Below the pieces are notes generated by a model. The model was not told the DNA's origin, searched no databases, and worked only from the letters and a program-made list of their open reading frames with translations. 64,000 nucleotides of DNA from an uncultured Nitrospiraceae bacterium (GTDB taxonomy: Bacteria > Nitrospirota > Nitrospiria > Nitrospirales > Nitrospiraceae), in NCBI GenBank assembly GCA_963846575.1, contig CAWJWJ010000001.1, forward strand, positions 992,001 to 1,056,000. Direction: 5' to 3'. This document shows, piece after piece, positions 10,347 to 17,123 of this stretch. A program made the translations under genes and the position numbers. Every line of letters starts with the position of its first letter. Position 1 is the stretch's first letter.

Positions 10347-10598
10347 AGAGCCCCCCATACCTGTGTCATCCAAATTAACAGTCTGTTGGGCCTCACGTGT
10401 TGCGGCAAGCCTGCCACGCTCTATGACCGGGCCAGAAAGGACTGGATTTGCACGGAACATCATCGGGAGCGTCTGTGCGAGTTCTGTCAGTGTGAGCGGG
10501 CCTGGGGGCGCGTACAGATGCGCTCTCATCTCTATGCCGCGCCCTGTGAGGTGTGGCTCTGTGCGTCATGTGCGGGAATACGGGACGGTAGGACCTGA
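10343..10598 (+). pseudogene. Small Cys/His-rich (zinc-binding) protein, 84 aa reconstructed, one +1 frameshift in a C6 run
   Basis: MKSPHTCVIQINSLLGLTCCGKPA...ICTEHH...CEFC...WLCASC; ATGA overlap with rep. Confidence 0.6.
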
Positions 10599-10812
10599 GA
10601 TCACGGCGGCCTGCTCTCATCAATCTCACCCTGTCACCCGTCCATTATCCTAACGGGTGAGAGGGGAATAGGGTGACCTCATCCTACCAGATGGCGGCGA
10701 TGCGTCAGCTTGGCCGTCCATCTGCTCTGTCGATACCTCGTTGCGTGAAGGAAAAGAATGAATGCAGACTAGGAGGAAAGAAGTCACGCAGGAAGCTTAC
10801 CCCAAGGACCCG

Positions 10813-10890
10813 CCGGCCGCTCCGGACCAATCGGACCGGACGGCCGGGGGGTTCGGGGGCAGAGCCCCCGCTTCACTTGATTCATATGGT
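10813..10890 (+). other. Candidate double-strand origin: two GC-rich hairpins followed by CACTTGATT
   Basis: IR 10813-10825/10836-10847; CGGGGGC-AGA-GCCCCCG 10854-10870; ACTTGAT at 10875-10881. Confidence 0.4.
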
Positions 10891-11563
10891 CAAAGTAGGA
10901 AACTTGGCTACGGTGTTTAGCGGGACCACTTCACTCTGATCCAACTCGCTGCTGACAAGCCCGATGCCGACGGCTTCTCTCGAAGCACGATCGAGCTTCT
11001 AAAGCCTGTCTATAATGGCGCGAGTTTAGTGAGAATAAGGGTTAAGGGACAACCAGTACGCTTGACGGGATTCTCCCTTGAACAGATGTGGATCGAAATG
11101 CCGCTAGAAAACTGTAGAGAACTGGTGTTTAAAACATCCCCACCCCCAGAAACTAAGGACCGTGATCGAGGACCGAAAGCTAATTAAACCGCCGTCCCCG
11201 CCAAGCGGATTGCCGTAGAAATTGGTTTGAATGTCACAATCTTCCTGGAGAGGATGGAGAGGTCAATACACCGGCCGCTCAGGTCCACCATCACTATCTA
11301 TACTCTCCTCTGCGTGCCATCAATAAAGCAGCGGAAGAAACCTATTAGTACTGTCCTGATCTCTGACTCCTCCGTATTCCCAAATCACCGCTAACATTCG
11401 TACCTCATACCTGAGACCTTTGTTGATCCTTGCCTGGTGATCAACTCGTGCCTGACTCTGAAACTGGCGTACGACTTGTAGCCGTGGTTCAGCGAACAAG
11501 ATGCGCAACATCTAAATAACGCTCAAGGTCCATCGGTTCCATCCTCTAGACGCACTCTGTTCG

Positions 11564-11599
11564 GTATCTCTTTAGATACGACTAGTATCTCTTTAGATA
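11564..11599. promoter_or_regulatory. Tandem palindromic operator/enhancer sites
   Basis: GTATCTCTTTAGATA twice with 21-bp period; first copy is the palindrome GTATCT-N4-AGATAC. Confidence 0.55.
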
Positions 11600-11660
11600 T
11601 ACTCTGAAATTTTTCGCATTCATGACTATTCGCTTTTTTAAACTGGCACGCAGAAACACG

Positions 11661-11676
11661 TGGCATGTGGTTTGCT
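11661..11676 (+). promoter_or_regulatory. Sigma-54 (-24/-12) promoter
   Basis: TGGCATG-TGGT-TTGCT with canonical GG/GC spacing, 50 nt upstream of ATG 11726. Confidence 0.65.
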
Positions 11677-11725
11677 CGTACTAGTATAGTAGCCGCAAGT
11701 TACGCACATTCAGCAGTCACCTGCA

Positions 11726-13336
11726 ATGGAGGTAACAGTGAAAGCCATCTATAACAAGAGATCTTATGTATCGGCAGTAGGGCTAACGTTGGGATGGCCA
11801 TTCCTTTTGGCCTCAACAGCCGTGGCGAGCGGGTATGAAGAATGTAACCAAATACTCACCCAGGACATCTTTAACAAGGTTCTAAAAAGTGATGTAAGCA
11901 CCGCGTCAGCGTCGGAGGCATACCAGTCGGCATATTTCAAGTCGAACGCCACAGCGGCATACAATGAATATAAGACGGCACATAAAGAAGCGCAGAAAAA
12001 AGGGACAAAGCTTGAGGTTGGAGGTAACTACGGTCCGATTGGTGCGAAGATGGGCCTAGAGTTGACCTCCGAGAAACTCGTTGAAAAAGAAGAGTTCGAG
12101 AAGGCATTTAACAGTGTGCAAAGTCAGGAGTCGGGATCGCAATCCTCTAGTTCCTCCTCAGCTCAATCCCTTGTAAATACATATGCTACATATGTCCGAG
12201 ACCCTGTAACCGTGTCTGCATGGAAAGATTGCGTCTCTCGGACGAAGGACACTAACCTCTACGCGTATGCAAGCCGTGATGGGAAGCGTACATATGTAAA
12301 CGTTATGTGGGTTCCGGGCGCCTTGGCTGGCATGCTACCTTCCATTCCAATAAGCTTCGTAACGCACGACTCGGACATTGTAATTGAAGCGAAATCAGTA
12401 GAACAAATCGCAATAGGGAGCGGTCGGAATTTTGTGGTGACTTGTAGCAAATCTTGCGACAAGGGCTTTCTGGTTACTGTCAACGGGAGCCTGAAAAATT
12501 CCACCGGCGCTCTCGGAGGCTCTTTCACTGCCACTGTGCAGGTACCTCCTAAGCGGTTACCTGTTCCGAAGGCTCCGGGAGTAGTAGCGTCCGTAGATCA
12601 CACATACATTTATGGGATCAATAACAACGGTGAAATGTTCTGGTATGAAAACGATCGACAGACTGATGATAGCCTTGAATGGGCCAGCGATGAGGGAAAG
12701 CTGGTCGGAACAGGGTGGAACTTTGATCAGGTCTTTTCCGGCGGCAATGCGGTTATTTATGGGGTCAAGGATAACGGCGATTTGCTGTGGTATCGCCATG
12801 ACGGGCGAAACGACGGAACGATGAAATGGTCTCCCCAATCTCGATCGAAGGTAGGCGATGGATGGCATTTCAAGCAAATATTTTCGATCGGCAATGGTGT
12901 CATCTACGCTATTAAGGAAAATGGCGACGTGTACTGGTATCGCCATGAAGGGCGAAATGACGGGAGTCTAAGATGGGCCAAAAATTCTGGGCAGCGAGTG
13001 GCCAGTGGGTGGGATTTTAAGCAAATTATTGCTGGCGACAACGGTGTGATCTATGGCGTCACTGACAACGGCGACGTACTTTGGTATCGCCACGAAGGAT
13101 GGAATGATGGTGGCTCGAGTTGGGCAAAAAAGTCCGGAACCAAGGTAAATTCTGGATGGAACTTCGAGAAAGTCTTTTCAATCGGCGGCGGTGTCATCTA
13201 TGGCGTCAAAGATAACGGCGACTTATTTTCATATCAGCATGAAGGACGGAATGATGGTAGCCCGAAATGGGCACCCAGCGATGGACAAAAAATGGGTGAC
13301 CGCTGGAACTTTAGGCAAGTCTTTGCGGGAAAATAG
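11726..13336 (+). CDS. Secreted protein with C-terminal tachylectin-like beta-propeller repeats
   Basis: Signal peptide; five approx. 51-aa repeats (WxFxQvfsgGnGVIYGVKDNGDLLWYRHxGRNDG...W). Confidence 0.85.
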   Translation: MEVTVKAIYNKRSYVSAVGLTLGWPFLLASTAVASGYEECNQILTQDIFNKVLKSDVSTASASEAYQSAYFKSNATAAYNEYKTAHKEAQKKGTKLEVGGNYGPIGAKMGLELTSEKLVEKEEFEKAFNSVQSQESGSQSSSSSSAQSLVNTYATYVRDPVTVSAWKDCVSRTKDTNLYAYASRDGKRTYVNVMWVPGALAGMLPSIPISFVTHDSDIVIEAKSVEQIAIGSGRNFVVTCSKSCDKGFLVTVNGSLKNSTGALGGSFTATVQVPPKRLPVPKAPGVVASVDHTYIYGINNNGEMFWYENDRQTDDSLEWASDEGKLVGTGWNFDQVFSGGNAVIYGVKDNGDLLWYRHDGRNDGTMKWSPQSRSKVGDGWHFKQIFSIGNGVIYAIKENGDVYWYRHEGRNDGSLRWAKNSGQRVASGWDFKQIIAGDNGVIYGVTDNGDVLWYRHEGWNDGGSSWAKKSGTKVNSGWNFEKVFSIGGGVIYGVKDNGDLFSYQHEGRNDGSPKWAPSDGQKMGDRWNFRQVFAGK

Positions 13337-13590
13337 GACCTGATTCAGGCACATCCACAGAGTCCAGTGATGGTCTTTGAGAGGATTATGTGACGCTAAC
13401 CATGAAACTTCACTGAATTGGACACGACCACCTCGGGAATTGATGACTGGGACGCCATCCAAAATCACAGGGTATCTCAGAGTTCAGACGATCACGACCA
13501 CAGACATGACAAAGTAAACTCACCGCTGGACTCAGATCGAGTCCGTCCGATCTTGTTTACCTTTCACAAGCCGAGTTGCAGGAGATACCA

Positions 13591-14433
13591 ATGTTTGTAC
13601 GATTCTATTTGATGATGGGAATCTCTTTGGTGTTTTTCTGTCAGGCGACTCCGTTACTTGCTGAAAATGTCCTCGAGTGGAAGGGTTTTAAAGGGGACAA
13701 TAAGCTAAAAGATGCAGCCAACCTCGATTCCGCTCACATAAAGCAGGGAGATCGGGGACCGCATGTCAGCAAGATACAACACTCTATAAAATTCCTGGAC
13801 TCCGCTTTCATCAGCCAAGAAGAAATGGACACACAAACATATGGTCCATCAACGGCTAAAGCTGTGCTGGGCTACAAAACTTCCCGAAAGATTATTAACC
13901 AGAAATACCAGTCAAAACCTGACAGCATTGTAGGGAAAATGACTATGGTGGCCTTAGATCGCGAGATGAGCCAAAGAGCCATGGAACGCTTTGAAGATCT
14001 CAAATTCCCTGCAGCAATGGAACCTTTCCCAAGTAACGAGGCGAAAGCTCCAGACGGCTTTTCTATCCCAATTCCCAAAACCATTACACGTTCTGGCAAT
14101 ATTATCTCTCTCCGGGGAGCAAGAGTAACAGTGACAATGGGGCCAGAACGCGCCAGTTCATGTAAATATCGCATGGTGATTGATAATGTTCCTCCGGAGA
14201 CTCACAACGACGCGCAACTAGCAAGTGAAGCAGCAGACCATCTGGTTGAAGAAGCCGCGTGGGCGGTAATACTTGATAAAGCAGCAGCCGCTATCACGTT
14301 TGGTTCCACAAAAGTAGGCATCGGTGTATCAGCAGCAGCAGCTTTAATTGTACCATCTCCAATTCTCCGAGAAATTGTGTGGCATGCTGATGTCGATGGG
14401 AGGAAGGTTTGCTACCTATTGGTAACCCAGTAA
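13591..14433 (+). CDS. Secreted peptidoglycan-binding domain protein
   Basis: Signal peptide; IKQGDRGPHVSKIQ...YGPSTAKAV...PDSIVGKMTMVALD; AGGAGA RBS. Confidence 0.75.
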   Translation: MFVRFYLMMGISLVFFCQATPLLAENVLEWKGFKGDNKLKDAANLDSAHIKQGDRGPHVSKIQHSIKFLDSAFISQEEMDTQTYGPSTAKAVLGYKTSRKIINQKYQSKPDSIVGKMTMVALDREMSQRAMERFEDLKFPAAMEPFPSNEAKAPDGFSIPIPKTITRSGNIISLRGARVTVTMGPERASSCKYRMVIDNVPPETHNDAQLASEAADHLVEEAAWAVILDKAAAAITFGSTKVGIGVSAAAALIVPSPILREIVWHADVDGRKVCYLLVTQ

Positions 14434-14760
14434 TCTTACCTCACCGTAGTTTTCAGTTGAAGCCCGCGATCAGCCTGATAGCTACAGATGACACTAGCTT
14501 GAGAAGCCGTTTTAAGGCGAGGGTAAGAGGTTCAATAACTTCGGGCCTATCGAACAGCTCTAAAGGCGTTGATAGGAAAACTGTAATGTTCGACATGAGA
14601 ACAGCTCGGGGAGCCATTGCTTTCATCGAACCATTTGAGGCGGAGTCATTTCAAATCAAGCGTTGCTATTTCTGCTCGCGATGACGCTTAAGGCTTAGGT
14701 TGAACAAGAGGCCGGCCTGTAGGTATCAGCGACTAGCAGCATTTGCGCCATCAAGCTATA

Positions 14761-15495
14761 CTATTGGATAAATGGGGTCGAACCCGATTCGTGGAATTGC
14801 TCTATCAATTGCCCTGCGCACTTGTTCCCAGCAATCGCGAGTTGCTGCACCATAAATATCATGCCCCATTCGGCTTGTTCTCGCCATTCGGACCGTACGT
14901 CCAGTGAACCAACAGAGCATTGACCCTGCCAAACCACCGTGGAGTCCTTGAGTCGAATGAGACGGGCACGTGCCTGATAGTAGAGGTTGAACTTCTTGCC
15001 CAAGACGTTAAACATGCCAGCGTCGGATATCCACAAGCTTGACACCTCAATGTTGAAGGGGTCGCGCTCGTGTAAAAATGCTTTACGTGATGTAAAGTCC
15101 AACACATAGCCATCACCGAAGGTTTCCCCTAACTCTGTTATTCCCTCTCGAATGCAACAAGATCGCGTTAATGACCACCGGTGTCGCCACACCACAGGTA
15201 TGGGCACGGATCGTATATTGGTAAGACCGGCTTGAGCCATCAATTGGGAAGACACCTGCTCTTTTATGATGTCGATAGGGTCTGATAAAAGCAGTCCGTG
15301 CGTGGAAGCTAGACCTGGTGCATAGGACACAAAAATACCGTCGCCCTGGCGCCAATGGACTGCTTGAATCAGTGGGATGTGCTGGAGCTCAGCCCTCTGC
15401 TGGTCCGATAGATTAAGCCGCCCAGTTCCCCCTATACATCCAAGCGTGCTCACTATGAAAAGGACGACAATCAGTCGCAATGCGATTCTAAACAT
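14761..15495 (-). CDS. Hypothetical lipoprotein
   Basis: Long ORF with MFRIALRLIVVLFIVSTLGC lipobox. Confidence 0.65.
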   Translation of the reverse strand: MFRIALRLIVVLFIVSTLGCIGGTGRLNLSDQQRAELQHIPLIQAVHWRQGDGIFVSYAPGLASTHGLLLSDPIDIIKEQVSSQLMAQAGLTNIRSVPIPVVWRHRWSLTRSCCIREGITELGETFGDGYVLDFTSRKAFLHERDPFNIEVSSLWISDAGMFNVLGKKFNLYYQARARLIRLKDSTVVWQGQCSVGSLDVRSEWREQAEWGMIFMVQQLAIAGNKCAGQLIEQFHESGSTPFIQ

Positions 15496-15901
15496 CAGAT
15501 TTCCATGTACGAGGGTGTGAAGCATCTGGTGGAGATCGGAAAACGGGGCAGTCTTGAGCTCGAGTCACAGTTGTGGAACGGCCCGCTAGCAGATGTTTCA
15601 CAGCTCGGGTAGTCGCACGCTATCCCTCAACATCCTAGTTAAATGGATGAATAATGCTAGGGAAAGTTGTAAATGGTCGTGCGGCGCCATCTGGGAGATT
15701 TTCCCGAGCACGATCGGCGCGTCCGGTTTAGTCTAGGGATTGAGCCGTTTCGATGATCAGGTAATTCTTTCGGGAGGAGGTCGCTCTATCGCTAACAGCA
15801 TAGAAGATGGCCGTCGCGATTGGGTCGAAAGCCGGAAAGCTCTTGATCCGCTCTATGGGCAATCCGGTTCACACGGAAGGAGCATATTGGACGGCATTCT
15901 C

Positions 15902-15947
15902 GGTCACGGTTTTGGTCACGGTTCGGTCCCGGTTTTGGCCCCGATTG
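15902..15947 (+). repeat. Putative arm-type sites (4 tandem copies, 2 degenerate)
   Basis: GGTCACGGTTTT GGTCACGGTTC GGTCCCGGTTTT GGCCCCGATTG. Confidence 0.75.
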
Positions 15948-15989
15948 CTAATCTACCCTCATCGTCACTGGTCGCACCGTTGAATGCTC

Positions 15990-16002
15990 TAATCGATTGA
16001 TT
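15990..16002 (-). promoter_or_regulatory. IHF-like site between arm repeats and attR
   Basis: Reverse strand AATCAATCGATTA matches WATCAANNNNTTR. Confidence 0.55.
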
Positions 16003-16066
16003 TGCAAAACTAAAATCACGTTCTGTCACCACCAATCGCTGTCAGTCTCTATGTCACTTTGTGAGC

Positions 16067-16111
16067 CTTCGGATCCGAGGGTTGGGGGTTCAAGTCCCTC
16101 CGGGCGCACCA
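16067..16111 (+). repeat. attR core (duplicated tRNA-Arg 3' fragment)
   Basis: 45/45 identical to 7406-7450. Confidence 0.95.
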
Positions 16112-16232
16112 TATAATCAATCGGTTGCATCTCCCCATCTCGTTTTCCCTCTTCACCGGTCACGGTTTCAGCGGGACTGCTTCGACTCACTTCGTCCCGA
16201 AACTGCCTCGTGGAAGGCGGGCGTATCGAGCG
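16112..16232 (-). pseudogene. Remnant 3' end of a second, related integrase
   Basis: Aligns with the sequence following attL; translates RYARL / FRDEVSRSSPAETVTGEEGKRDGEMQPIDY vs RYAHL / LRDAVNRGSLAGTVT...EEKMQPIDY. Confidence 0.75.
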
Positions 16233-16516
16233 GAATCGGGCGTCCTGCTGCGGGTGGGCCTGGTGACGGTGGCTGAACGATTGACCGGCCTGGCCGATCA
16301 ACTTGCGCTCTCAAATTCAAGACGCCAGCCGGAATGGGGAGGATCGGAAGGGTGCAGCTTGTGCAGCCGATCCTGCCTCTTTTGTGCTCTGCCGGACCGC
16401 GTCAGGATCGACGCAACACACCTTCCAATCTGTAGCATCCGTGAGCAGGCGTCGGTAGACAACGCTCCGCGTGGTTACGTAGAGTCGCCCGGATTCATTT
16501 TTCTCAGGGTTGACTC

Positions 16517-16915
16517 GTGCATCTCTCACATCGCTCCCTCCATGTGCTTCGTCGATCGAGCCGGGCTTCCAGCCTGCTGGTCCTGATCGCCTGCCTGCTC
16601 ATCGGCATCCGGTCCGTGGCGGGATTCGTCTGCTACACCTGTTTCACGGATCTCGAGCGCCCCCTGTCGAGGAGTTTCCACCTCCATGCCGGGGGAGACG
16701 CGAACCCGTGCCACCACGGCAGGGTCGACGCCAGTCCGCTGAAGCAGTGGGCCTGCACCGTCACGCAGGACGATCCGGGCTATGTCCTGCCCGAGATTCC
16801 CCGGCTGCCGGTCGTCGGGTCGCTCTCCCTGCCGCTGATCCTGCTGCTGGTCTACTATCGAAGGCGCTTTCCGATCCCCGCCATCGGGCGGGGCCCTCCC
16901 GTCCTCGCCTCCTGA
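16517..16915 (+). CDS. DUF2946/CruR-like leader protein (CxxC, His-rich, C-terminal RGPP)
   Basis: Hydrophobic N-terminus, CYTC, HLHAGGDANPCHH, ends GRGPPVLAS; upstream of a TonB-dependent receptor. Confidence 0.7.
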   Translation: MHLSHRSLHVLRRSSRASSLLVLIACLLIGIRSVAGFVCYTCFTDLERPLSRSFHLHAGGDANPCHHGRVDASPLKQWACTVTQDDPGYVLPEIPRLPVVGSLSLPLILLLVYYRRRFPIPAIGRGPPVLAS

Positions 16916-17123
16916 TCTCAACACACCACCATTTTGAACCATTACGAGCCGGACACCCGCTGCGTCCGATGGGGTCTGTGTGATGCCGCCGGTCCTGCCT
17001 GGGGCTTCGAGGCGATGCCTTGGCCCAGGCCCGGTCCACGCGGAGCCTCGGGCCCGGCTGCAATGAGCCCGGCTTTCGCGACGTCTGCGCGCCATGCGGC
17101 CGTTGTCCGCAGGAGAGGAATTC

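Larger units (their letters stand above)
7406..16111. mobile_element. 8.7-kb tRNA-integrated element (int/xis/rolling-circle Rep backbone plus cargo)
   Basis: Exact 45-bp direct repeats at both ends, integrase adjacent to tRNA, excisionase, Rep-like gene, AT-richer cargo. Confidence 0.92.

Noticed and set aside
9184..10653. 489-aa ORF in the track
   Set aside because: Chimera of antisense CGNR sequence, spacer, part of xis, the rep N-terminus and off-frame sequence produced by frameshifts
11029..11511. Short ORFs (about 52 aa plus strand, 63 aa minus strand) between origin and cargo
   Set aside because: No recognisable motifs or convincing RBS; cannot support
11643..11660. Second sigma-54 site CTGGCACG
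   Set aside because: No GC at the -12 position
12600..13330. Approx. 153-bp periodic repeats as a CRISPR or non-coding array
   Set aside because: In-frame degenerate coding repeats of the beta-propeller; no CRISPR array or cas genes seen in the window
14453..14626. 57-aa minus-strand ORF (MKAMAPRAV...) between cargo genes
   Set aside because: No RBS or motif; may be chance
7406..16111. Inovirus or tailed prophage interpretation
   Set aside because: No Zot/pI-like ATPase, no cluster of small single-TM coat proteins, no terminase, capsid or tail genes
16067..16111. Second tRNA-Arg gene
   Set aside because: Lacks the 5' half (acceptor 5' strand, D-arm); it is the att duplication
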